Positions 9,246 through 17,524 of a DNA stretch of 53,128 nucleotides are shown here, one piece after another. The DNA is from Pseudomonadota bacterium (GTDB lineage Bacteria; Pseudomonadota; Gammaproteobacteria; Burkholderiales; JABEVD01), in NCBI GenBank assembly GCA_021845885.1, contig JAJZVB010000002.1, forward strand, positions 1-53,128. The letters are read 5' to 3'. The first letter of the stretch is position 1; the number at the start of each line of letters is the position of its first letter. Position numbers and translations under genes: made by a program. The notes beneath the pieces were generated by a model. That model searched no databases, was not told the DNA's origin, and worked only from the letters and a program-made list of their open reading frames with translations.

Positions 9246-10526
9246 ATGCAGCAGGAAGTGACCTCCCCACGTTTTATCAGCGTTTTGACCAAGAATACGG
9301 TTGCATTGATTCTTGCGGGAGGGCGTGGCTCCCGACTGAAGCAACTGACGGATTGGCGTGCAAAACCGAGTGTGCCTTTCGGCGGAAAATTCAGGATCAT
9401 CGATTTCCCGCTTTCCAACTGCATCAATTCCGGGATCAGGCGCATAGGCGTGGTGACGCAGTACAAGGCGCACAGCCTGATCCAGCATATCCAGCGGGGT
9501 TGGGGATTCCTGAGGGGCGAATTCAACGAGTTCGTCGAGCTGCTTCCCGCCCAGCAGCGCATCCAGGAGGAATGGTACAAGGGAACTGCGGACGCGGTAT
9601 TCCAGAACATCGACATCCTGCGCTCCTATGACCCCGAATTCGTCGTGATCCTGGCAGGCGACCATATCTACAAGATGGACTACGGCAAGATGCTTGCCTT
9701 CCATGTCACTTCGAAGGCGGACATGACGGTGGGCTGTTTCGAGGTTCCCGTATCCGATGCTTCCGCCTTCGGGGTGATGGCGGTCGATGCGGAAGACAGG
9801 GTTCTGGATTTCGTCGAGAAGCCAGCGCAACCCCCTCATATTCCGGGCAAGCCGGAAAAGTCGCTGGTGAGCATGGGCATCTACGTCTTCAACACGCGCT
9901 TCCTCTACGAGCAGCTTTCCAGGGACGCGGACGATCCGGATTCTTCCCACGATTTCGGCCACGACATCATTCCCTACCTCGTCAAGCGCTATCGCGTCTA
10001 TGCGCACCGCTTCGAGGACAGCTGCGTGGGCATGGGCGGAAAGCTCGCCTATTGGCGGGACGTGGGAACGGTGGACGCTTACTGGGAAGCGAACATGGAG
10101 CTCACCAAGGTATTGCCGGATCTCAATCTTTACGACAAGACCTGGCCGATCTGGACGCACCAGGAGCAGCTCCCGCCGGCCAAGTTCGTTTTCGACGACG
10201 AAGAGCGGAGAGGCATCGCCATCGATTCCATGGTTTCGGGGGGCTGCATCATCAGCGGCGCGAGGATAGAGCGTTCGCTTCTCTTTTCCGACGTCAGGGT
10301 CAACAGCTACAGCGAAATCAGCGATTCGGTGATATTGCCTTCGGTCGAGATAGGACGGTACGTGAAGCTGCACAAGGTGGTGATCGACAAGCGCTGCGTC
10401 ATTCCGGACGGACTCCAGGTGGGATTCAATCCCGTCGAGGATGCGAAGCGCTTCCATGTCACGGAAAAGGGCGTGACGCTGATCACGCCCGACATGCTCG
10501 GTCAGCGCATCCACCAGAGCCGATGA
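9246..10526 (+). CDS. glgC: Glucose-1-phosphate adenylyltransferase
   Basis: [49 protein letters not shown] and YWRDVGT motifs. Confidence 0.98.
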   Translation: MQQEVTSPRFISVLTKNTVALILAGGRGSRLKQLTDWRAKPSVPFGGKFRIIDFPLSNCINSGIRRIGVVTQYKAHSLIQHIQRGWGFLRGEFNEFVELLPAQQRIQEEWYKGTADAVFQNIDILRSYDPEFVVILAGDHIYKMDYGKMLAFHVTSKADMTVGCFEVPVSDASAFGVMAVDAEDRVLDFVEKPAQPPHIPGKPEKSLVSMGIYVFNTRFLYEQLSRDADDPDSSHDFGHDIIPYLVKRYRVYAHRFEDSCVGMGGKLAYWRDVGTVDAYWEANMELTKVLPDLNLYDKTWPIWTHQEQLPPAKFVFDDEERRGIAIDSMVSGGCIISGARIERSLLFSDVRVNSYSEISDSVILPSVEIGRYVKLHKVVIDKRCVIPDGLQVGFNPVEDAKRFHVTEKGVTLITPDMLGQRIHQSR

Positions 10527-12199
10527 GCGATTCAAGAAAACTCGATCTTATCCTGTGCTGGCACATGCACCAGCCGGATTACCGGGATTATCTCACCGGC
10601 GAATACGTATTGCCCTGGACCTACCTGCATGCCATCAAGGATTACACGGACATGGCCTTCCATCTGGAAAACAACCCGAATGCGAAGGCTGTATTCAATT
10701 TCGTGCCCATCCTGCTCGAGCAGATCGAGGATTACGCAGACCAGTATTCCACGGGTAAAATCAGGGATCCGCTTTTGAGGCTGCTCGCCACGAAAGACAT
10801 GGCAAGCCTTTCGAGAGCGGATCGCGCCCAGATCCTGGACAGCTGCTTCAGGAGCAACCATCACAAGATGATCCGCCCCTATCCCGCCTACAGCCATCTT
10901 TTTGACGCCTTCCAGTTTTTCGAGGGAAGCGAGAACGACGGGAGCCTCGATTATCTTTCCGGGCAGTACATGGCCGATCTGCTGGTCTGGTACCACCTGG
11001 CCTGGACCGGGGAGAGCGTGAGGAGAACCCGTGAGACCGTGGCGAGACTGATGGCGAAGGGAAGCCAGTACACCTATGAAGACAGGAAGGCGCTTTTCGA
11101 TCTGATCGGCGAACTCATCAAGGGGCTCGTCCCGCGCTACAAGGCGCTGGCCGATTCGGGCCGGATAGAGCTTTCCACGACGCCCTATTATCATCCCATC
11201 ATGCCGCTTCTGCTCGAGTTCGATTCCGCCAGGGAGGCCATGCCGGATGTTTTGCTGCCGAAATGCAGCGCCTATCCCGGGGGAAGGACCAGGGCCCAGT
11301 ATCATGTCTCGAATGCGATTCATCGCCACAAATCGCTCTTCGGTCATGCGCCAAATGGCGCATGGCCATCGGAAGGCAGCGTCTCGAACGCTTCCCTCAG
11401 GATGCTGGCCGGGAACGGATTCAAGTGGGCGGCTACGGGGGAGGCCGTTCTCGTCAACAGCCTGAGGAAGGCGGGGGAGCTTCCCGCCAAAATCGACTAT
11501 CTCTATCGCCCTTACCGTACCGGGGAAATCACCTGCTTTTTCAGGGACGATTACCTCTCCGACAGGATAGGATTCGAATATTCGAAATGGAACGGCAGGG
11601 ATGCGGCGAGCAATTTCGTCCATTATCTTGAGGAGATTTTCCATCAGAGCCAGGACGACAATCCCGTGGTCAGCGTTATCCTGGACGGGGAGAATGCCTG
11701 GGAATTCTATCCCTATAACGGCTATTATTTCCTCTCCGACCTTTACGATGCCCTGTCCAGTCATCCCGATATCCGCATGAGCACCTTCTCGGAATCCGCC
11801 GCGCGAGAATGCCGGGTTCTTCCCGAAGTCGTCGCGGGAAGCTGGGTCTACGGAACATTCAGCACCTGGATCGGCTCCGAAGACAAGAATCGGGGATGGG
11901 ATCTGCTTTGCGAAGCCAAGAAAAGTTTCGACCATGTCATGGCGAGCGGACGCCTTTCCGAGGAAGAAAAGAAGCTTGCCGAGAAGCAGCTTTCGGATTG
12001 CGAAGGATCGGACTGGTTCTGGTGGTTCGGCGACTACAATTCGGCCGTCAGCGTTTCCTCCTTCGATTCGCTCTATCGCCTGAACCTCGCCAATCTTTAC
12101 CGGACATTGAAGCTTCCCGTTCCGCATGCGCTGGACCGGGTGATCAGCGTAGGCCAGGGAGATCCGGCTCTCGGGGGGACGATGCGCCGTTCGTCCTGA
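10523..12199 (+). CDS. Glycoside hydrolase family 57, amylopullulanase-like
   Basis: Start MSDSRKLD overlaps the glgC stop. GH57 conserved regions WHMHQP, WPSEG (nucleophile), ILDGENAW (acid/base) and EGSDWFWW. Confidence 0.9.
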   Translation: MSDSRKLDLILCWHMHQPDYRDYLTGEYVLPWTYLHAIKDYTDMAFHLENNPNAKAVFNFVPILLEQIEDYADQYSTGKIRDPLLRLLATKDMASLSRADRAQILDSCFRSNHHKMIRPYPAYSHLFDAFQFFEGSENDGSLDYLSGQYMADLLVWYHLAWTGESVRRTRETVARLMAKGSQYTYEDRKALFDLIGELIKGLVPRYKALADSGRIELSTTPYYHPIMPLLLEFDSAREAMPDVLLPKCSAYPGGRTRAQYHVSNAIHRHKSLFGHAPNGAWPSEGSVSNASLRMLAGNGFKWAATGEAVLVNSLRKAGELPAKIDYLYRPYRTGEITCFFRDDYLSDRIGFEYSKWNGRDAASNFVHYLEEIFHQSQDDNPVVSVILDGENAWEFYPYNGYYFLSDLYDALSSHPDIRMSTFSESAARECRVLPEVVAGSWVYGTFSTWIGSEDKNRGWDLLCEAKKSFDHVMASGRLSEEEKKLAEKQLSDCEGSDWFWWFGDYNSAVSVSSFDSLYRLNLANLYRTLKLPVPHALDRVISVGQGDPALGGTMRRSS

Positions 12200-12223
12200 T
12201 TTTTCCATAACAAGAAACCATCC

Positions 12224-14227
12224 ATGTCCAAATCCGTTTACCTGCTTCTCGGCGTCCACGCCCACCAGCCCGTCGGGAATTTTTCCCATGTTATCGACGA
12301 TGCTCATTTGCGCTGCTACGGCCCTTTCCTCAGGACAATGCACGGCTATCCCGAGTTCAGGTTCTCCATCCATTTCAGCGGCTGGCTTTTCGATCAGCTG
12401 TTGAGCCGTTACCCCAAGGAAATGAAACTCTTGAAGGAAATGGTGGGGCGGGGCCAGGCCGAGATATTCGGGGCGGGCTACAGCGAGCCGGTGCTGGCCG
12501 TGATTCCCTACCGAGACCGGATTGCCCAGATCGAAACGCTTTCAAGAAGGCTGGAAAAGACCTTGGGAAAAAAGCCCGAAGGGGCCTGGCTGACCGAAAG
12601 GGTTTGGGAGGCGACGGTCGTCCCGGCGCTCGCTGATTCCGGCATCGCCTATACCACCGTCGACGATTACCATTTCCTTTGCAGCGGGAAAAAGATGTCG
12701 GAGCTCGACGGCTTCTTCACCACGGAGGAGGACGGAAGAAAGCTCGATCTTTTCCCGATTTCGGAGGCGCTGAGGTACAAGCTCCCCTTTTCTCCTGCAA
12801 ACGAAGTCGTCGCTTACCTGGAGGGTCTTGCAAGGGAAGAGGGGGATCCTGCAGCCATTTATTTCGACGACATCGAGAAATTCGGCATCTGGCCGGAAAC
12901 CTACCACTGGGTCTACGAGCAGGGCTGGCTCAGGGAGTTCCTGGAGGGCGTGCTCGCATCGAAGATCATCAAGACCATGCGCTATTCGGATTACCGGAAA
13001 ATGGCGAGAACGCGCGGCGTGATCTATCTGCCCACCACTTCCTACATCGAAATGAACGAATGGACGCTTCCCGTTCCCGCCGCCCATCATTATGCGGATC
13101 TGGTACAGGAATCGAAGCATTCCGGGACATTCGAGCAGAACAAGGCTTTCCTCAGGGGTGGGATATGGAAGAATTTCTTCAGCCGCTATCCCGAATCGAA
13201 CTGGATGCACAAGCGCATGCTTTCGCTTTCGACGAGGCTCGATGCACTGCCGAAAAGGAAGAGAACGGCGCAAATGATCGAGGCGCTTTTCGAGGCCCAG
13301 GCGAACGACGCCTACTGGCACGGCCTTTTCGGCGGCCTTTATCTTCCCCATTTGCGGCGGGCTGTCTATCGCGCGATCGTGAAGCTCGAGCAGTTGCTCG
13401 ACTCGGCTTCGAAAAGGGATGCAAAGCAGGTTCATGACCTCGATCTCGACGGCCATGACGAAGCCTTCATCCAGAACGGGCTGCTGCAGATCGCAGTGAG
13501 GCTCGACGGCAGCGCGTCCCTGTGCGAATGGGATGTCTATAAACTTTCCCACAATTTCGCTGACACGCTTTCCCCCCCTGAAGAGCACTACCACAGGAAA
13601 ATCCATTTTCAGGAGAGCGAGCCCCATTCAGGGGGGGTATACAATCCTCACGAGAAAATGGGATTCAAGGACAGGATCACGCCCGAAGACCTGAAAACGA
13701 ACGAGGGGCCGAAATCGCTCTTCATGGAAAGATGGATCACCCAGTCGGGAATCGCGAGACCGGCCTACGAATTGGTTCATGACGCCGATTCCCTCGGCAT
13801 CGCCTTCGGCGCCAGGCTCGGAGAGGGCAGGGTGGCCAAGCGCTTCCGCCTCGAAAAGAACAGGCTATTCGCCGAATATGCTTTCGAAGAAACGGGCGAG
13901 GGCACTTTCTGCATCGAGCTCAATCTCGCCATGCCGAGCTGCGACGGCCCTGCCGGCCGATTCAGGATAGGCGACGACATCATGGGGGGATTCGGCCAGG
14001 AGCTGACGGTGCAGAACCTGAAATCGCTGGTGCTTGAAGACGATGTGCTGGGCGGAAAGCTTTCCATTCATCTCGATCAGGGCATGGGATGCTACGCCAG
14101 GCCCCATTTCAGCGTATCTCAGTCCGAAGCGGGATTCGAGAAGATCATGCAGGCCGTGACGATTTCGCTTTCCTGCAGGCCAAGGGAATTGAATGCCCCC
14201 GTTTCCATCTGTTTCGAGGTGGAATGA
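12224..14227 (+). CDS. GH57 alpha-amylase / 4-alpha-glucanotransferase
   Basis: HAHQPVGNF, GAWLTERVWE, FDDIEKFGIWP, AQANDAYWHGLFGGLYLPHLR and C-terminal SVSQSEAGFEKIMQ, all typical of the GH57 4-alpha-glucanotransferase type. Confidence 0.9.
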   Translation: MSKSVYLLLGVHAHQPVGNFSHVIDDAHLRCYGPFLRTMHGYPEFRFSIHFSGWLFDQLLSRYPKEMKLLKEMVGRGQAEIFGAGYSEPVLAVIPYRDRIAQIETLSRRLEKTLGKKPEGAWLTERVWEATVVPALADSGIAYTTVDDYHFLCSGKKMSELDGFFTTEEDGRKLDLFPISEALRYKLPFSPANEVVAYLEGLAREEGDPAAIYFDDIEKFGIWPETYHWVYEQGWLREFLEGVLASKIIKTMRYSDYRKMARTRGVIYLPTTSYIEMNEWTLPVPAAHHYADLVQESKHSGTFEQNKAFLRGGIWKNFFSRYPESNWMHKRMLSLSTRLDALPKRKRTAQMIEALFEAQANDAYWHGLFGGLYLPHLRRAVYRAIVKLEQLLDSASKRDAKQVHDLDLDGHDEAFIQNGLLQIAVRLDGSASLCEWDVYKLSHNFADTLSPPEEHYHRKIHFQESEPHSGGVYNPHEKMGFKDRITPEDLKTNEGPKSLFMERWITQSGIARPAYELVHDADSLGIAFGARLGEGRVAKRFRLEKNRLFAEYAFEETGEGTFCIELNLAMPSCDGPAGRFRIGDDIMGGFGQELTVQNLKSLVLEDDVLGGKLSIHLDQGMGCYARPHFSVSQSEAGFEKIMQAVTISLSCRPRELNAPVSICFEVE

Positions 14228-15135
14228 TGCATCTCGTTGGCATCGACGTGGGCGGAACGAATTTCAGGGTCGGGGTTTTTTCGGGTCAAGCCCTGCTCTG
14301 GGAGAAGCGCTTCGAAGCGGATTTTTCCGCGCTTTGCAGGACAAGCCAGGACGCGCAGGCTTCGATCATGGAAACCATGGCTTCGGCGATTTCTGAGGCG
14401 ATTCGGGTATTTCCGGACATCGGCGCAATAGGGATCGGTTTCCCGGGATTCATCGATCCTGCGACCATGTGCATTGCGAGTTCCCCCAATCTGCCCGGGC
14501 TGTCGAATGTCGACATTGCAGGCCCGCTTTCAGTCCGCTTCCGTCTTCCGGTGATCGTCGAGAACGATGCGCTCGCCGCAGCCTATGGCGAACAGGTGCT
14601 CGGCGGGCATGAAAGCCTGATTTACATCGGCCTCGGCACGGGAGTCGGAGGGGGATTGATCCTGGATGGAAAGCCCTATCCGGGCGAGCACGGCGTGGCC
14701 ATGGAAATCGGGCACATCATCGTCGACCCGGGAGGAAGGCTCTGCGGCTGCGGCAATCGTGGCTGCCTGGAGCGATATGCCTCGGCCTCGGGCGTCTCAA
14801 TTTCCTATCAGGAACAGACGGGCAGGCAGCTTTCGGCGAAGGAAATCGCGGGCCTTGCCGAAGCCGGGGACATCCTTGCGGTTTCAGCCTTCGATCTTGC
14901 CGGAGACAGGCTGGGGCTTGCCCTTTCGCATATCCTGAAGGTCGCCGACATTGCCCATGTCGTGGTCGGAGGGGGATTGAGCGAAGCCTGGCATTGGCTT
15001 GAAAAACCGTTCAGGACAAGGCTGGAAGCCGATCTGATTCCCGTTTTAAGGGGGAAATGCGAGGTCGGCGTCTCGAAAGCCCAGGACAGGGCAGGCATGC
15101 TCGGGGCGGCAGAGCTCGCTTCGAATCATTTCTGA
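14224..15135 (+). CDS. ROK family sugar kinase (probable glucokinase)
   Basis: GIDVGGT, ENDA, LGTGVGGG, EIGH and the CGCGNRGCLE zinc motif. Start overlaps the GH57 stop. Confidence 0.9.
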   Translation: MMHLVGIDVGGTNFRVGVFSGQALLWEKRFEADFSALCRTSQDAQASIMETMASAISEAIRVFPDIGAIGIGFPGFIDPATMCIASSPNLPGLSNVDIAGPLSVRFRLPVIVENDALAAAYGEQVLGGHESLIYIGLGTGVGGGLILDGKPYPGEHGVAMEIGHIIVDPGGRLCGCGNRGCLERYASASGVSISYQEQTGRQLSAKEIAGLAEAGDILAVSAFDLAGDRLGLALSHILKVADIAHVVVGGGLSEAWHWLEKPFRTRLEADLIPVLRGKCEVGVSKAQDRAGMLGAAELASNHF

Positions 15136-15566
15136 ATGATGGGAATGGAGCGGATTTCGGCCTGTACCTTGGGCGCGGCGACGTCGGCCAGGGTATAGCG
15201 GTCCAGGACATTGATGAAGGCGCTCCTCGCCTCGAAAAGCACTCCCTTCAGGGAACAGGTGCTCGAGATCACGCAGTGGTCCGTTTGAGGATTGAAGCAT
15301 TCCAGAAGATCGAAATCGGGCTCGGTATGCCGCACCACTTCGCCCACGGTGATTTCCCGGGCCGGGCGCGCCAGCCTGATCCCGCCGTGTTTGCCGCGCG
15401 AGGTCACGATGAAGCCGTTGATGCCCAGGTTATGCACGACCTTCACCAGGTGATTCCTGGATATTTTATAGAAATCAGCGAGTTCAGTGATCGTCACGGT
15501 CTCTTCCTTGTGGCTGAGATAAAGCAGGACACGCAACGAATAATCCGAATAGAGCGTCAGGCGCAC
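15126..15566 (-). CDS. nsrR: Rrf2 family NO-sensing repressor NsrR
   Basis: MRLTLYSDYSLRVLLYL, ISRNHLVKVV, RGKHGG and three Cys (LECF...DHCVISSTCSLK). GTG start; divergent from a globin gene. Confidence 0.85.
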   Translation of the reverse strand: MRLTLYSDYSLRVLLYLSHKEETVTITELADFYKISRNHLVKVVHNLGINGFIVTSRGKHGGIRLARPAREITVGEVVRHTEPDFDLLECFNPQTDHCVISSTCSLKGVLFEARSAFINVLDRYTLADVAAPKVQAEIRSIPIIQK

Positions 15567-15584
15567 GGTTTCTTCATTTATAGG

Positions 15585-15631
15585 TTGACAAACGGAACAG
15601 ACCTAAATAACATGCATTCAGAATGAATGTT
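15585..15631 (+). promoter_or_regulatory. Sigma-70 promoter overlapped by an NsrR box
   Basis: TTGACA (15585-15590), 17-bp spacer, TAACAT (15608-15613). The 11-1-11 inverted repeat AACATGCATTC-A-GAATGAATGTT (15609-15631, one mismatch) fits the NsrR consensus architecture. Confidence 0.8.
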
Positions 15632-15713
15632 TAGGATAGTCTCCGTATCGATCTTAATCAAGCATTCGGCATATCGCAAGAGAATATTGTCAATATTACT
15701 GAAAGGACGAGCT

Positions 15714-16082
15714 ATGAGCGGCACGCTTTATGAAAAAATCGGCGGGGAAGCGGCAGTCAATGCGGCAGTGGACATTTTTTACAGGAAGGTGCTGAGCGAC
15801 GATCGCATCAACCGGTTCTTCGAAGGGGTGGACATGGACAGGCAGGCGGCCAAGCAGAAGGCCTTCCTCACCATGGCTTTCGGTGGCCCCAACAACTACA
15901 CGGGGGAAGACATGAGGCGCGGGCATGCGCATCTCGTCGCAAAAGGGCTCAACGATGCCCATTTCGATGCCGTCATGGAAAATCTGGGCGCAACGCTGAC
16001 CGAACTCAACGTGCCAGCCGAACTCATCGCCCAGGCCGCTGCGATCGCCGAGAGCACCAGAAACGACGTGCTCGGCAAATAA
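15714..16082 (+). CDS. Group I truncated haemoglobin (trHbN/GlbN-like)
   Basis: MSGTLYEKIGGEAAVNAAVDIFYRKVLSD...FF...KQKAFLTMAFGGPNNYTG...HAHL...HFDAV. GAAAGGA RBS. Confidence 0.93.
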   Translation: MSGTLYEKIGGEAAVNAAVDIFYRKVLSDDRINRFFEGVDMDRQAAKQKAFLTMAFGGPNNYTGEDMRRGHAHLVAKGLNDAHFDAVMENLGATLTELNVPAELIAQAAAIAESTRNDVLGK

Positions 16083-16097
16083 AGGCTGCGGCGCGCC

Positions 16098-17069
16098 ATG
16101 GCGATCATCACTTTTGAAGGACAGGCCTACGAATGCAAGGAAAACGAGACCGTTCTCGATTGTCTGAATGCTCATGGTGTGCCGGTCCCCTCTTCATGCA
16201 AGGCGGGGGTTTGTCAGACCTGCCTGATGCGCGCAATGAAAGGCGAGGTGCCAGAAGAATCGCAGAAGGGGCTCAAATCCACGCTCGTCGAGCAGAATTA
16301 TTTCCTTGCCTGCTCATGCCAACCGGTTGAAGATATCGAGGTGAGCCTGCCCGAGACCGAGGTGGGAAAAATCCCTGCCACGGTGATCGGGATCGAGCCG
16401 CTCAACAGCGATATCGTCTGCGTGAGGCTCTATCCCGGAAGGGATTTCGAATACAGGGCGGGGCAGTACATCAATTTCTTCAAGGATGAGTCCGTTTCGA
16501 GAAGCTATTCGCTCGCCAGCGTGGCGGGACTCGACGACTGCATCAAGCTTCATGTGCGCAAGATCCCGCAAGGGCGGGTCAGCACGTGGATACACGAATC
16601 CCTTTTCCCTGGGGATACGGTGGAGATTTCCGAAGCAGCGGGGGATTGCTTCTATGTGCCCGGAAATCCGGAGCAGGGTCTGCTCCTGGTTGGCACGGGT
16701 TCGGGGCTCGCCCCGCTTTACGGCATCGTCAGGGATGCCCTCATGGCCGGGCACGCCGGGCCGATCAGGCTCTATCACGGCAGCCTGAATGTCGAAGGGC
16801 TTTACCTGATTTCGGAATTGAGGCAGCTTGCCCGGGAATACGACAACTTCAGCTATATTCCCTGCGTTTCTGGCGGGGAAGCGCCCGATGGGTTTGCTGC
16901 GGGAATCGTGCTCGATGTCGCATTGAAGGAAACGCCGAAACTTTCAGGATGGCGCGTCTATCTTTGCGGCAACCCGGATATGGTGAATGCCGCAAGGAAG
17001 AAGACCTTCCTTGCGGGTGCATCGATGAAGGATATTTACGCCGATCCTTTCGTTCCTTCGCGGCCTTAG
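16098..17069 (+). CDS. [2Fe-2S] ferredoxin - FAD/NAD(P)H oxidoreductase
   Basis: CKAGVCQTC...LAC plant-type Fe-S motif, RSYSLAS FAD motif, GTGSGLAP NAD motif and YLCGNPDMV. Confidence 0.92.
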   Translation: MAIITFEGQAYECKENETVLDCLNAHGVPVPSSCKAGVCQTCLMRAMKGEVPEESQKGLKSTLVEQNYFLACSCQPVEDIEVSLPETEVGKIPATVIGIEPLNSDIVCVRLYPGRDFEYRAGQYINFFKDESVSRSYSLASVAGLDDCIKLHVRKIPQGRVSTWIHESLFPGDTVEISEAAGDCFYVPGNPEQGLLLVGTGSGLAPLYGIVRDALMAGHAGPIRLYHGSLNVEGLYLISELRQLAREYDNFSYIPCVSGGEAPDGFAAGIVLDVALKETPKLSGWRVYLCGNPDMVNAARKKTFLAGASMKDIYADPFVPSRP

Positions 17070-17524
17070 GAAAGGAATCTCATCAGAAGGCGCCTGCTGT
17101 GCCTGTCGAGGCTGGAGACGCGCCTGATCAGGAAATTCACGCCGCTTTCGCCCGAGATGATCACCATCGATGGACCGATGCGGCGTATGTCATCCTCGCT
17201 TTTCAGCCTGAAAGCAGTGCTTCCGCGGTCCGTTTCGACGTGCCAGAGATTCGGCACGGATGCGCCATCGATGGCCTCTATCCTCGTAATTTCGGGAAGG
17301 AATTCGCGCTGATGCAATGACTCCTCGATGAGCTGGCGCTGCCTTTCCGGGAGTTTGCCTATTTCCGCAATCCAGGCGAGTTCCTTCCCTGCGGGGCTCA
17401 ACAGGGAGATCCCGCCTTCGGGGGAAGTGAGGGGGAAAGCCCTGACAGGCAGTGCGGCATGGCGACTTCCGTCCTTGGCGACATAAATCAGCTTTCCGAA
17501 AGCGTCCTTTTCAAGTTCGATCAT
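17066..17524 (-). CDS. DUF1854-like protein (family associated with cyanophycin loci)
   Basis: PVRAFPLTSP, FLPEITRI, WHVETDRG and LDRHSRRLL match my recollection of DUF1854. Start overlaps the ABC transporter stop. Confidence 0.75.
   Translation of the reverse strand: MIELEKDAFGKLIYVAKDGSRHAALPVRAFPLTSPEGGISLLSPAGKELAWIAEIGKLPERQRQLIEESLHQREFLPEITRIEAIDGASVPNLWHVETDRGSTAFRLKSEDDIRRIGPSMVIISGESGVNFLIRRVSSLDRHSRRLLMRFLS

Noticed and set aside
10052-10522. N-terminal extensions in the ORF track for GH57 (10052), and similarly rseB (27402), era (33558), pdxJ (35190), arsC (43521) and the ABC ATPase (50923)
   Set aside because: The extensions overlap upstream genes and are low-complexity. Downstream ATGs at stop/start overlaps give family-typical N-termini.
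4218-13627. Long antisense ORFs (e.g. 4218-5426 +, 5463-6947 +, 9180-10535 -, 10532-12373 -, 12542-13627 -)
   Set aside because: They are shadows on the opposite strand of well-supported genes, expected with GC-rich codon bias, and carry no recognisable motifs.
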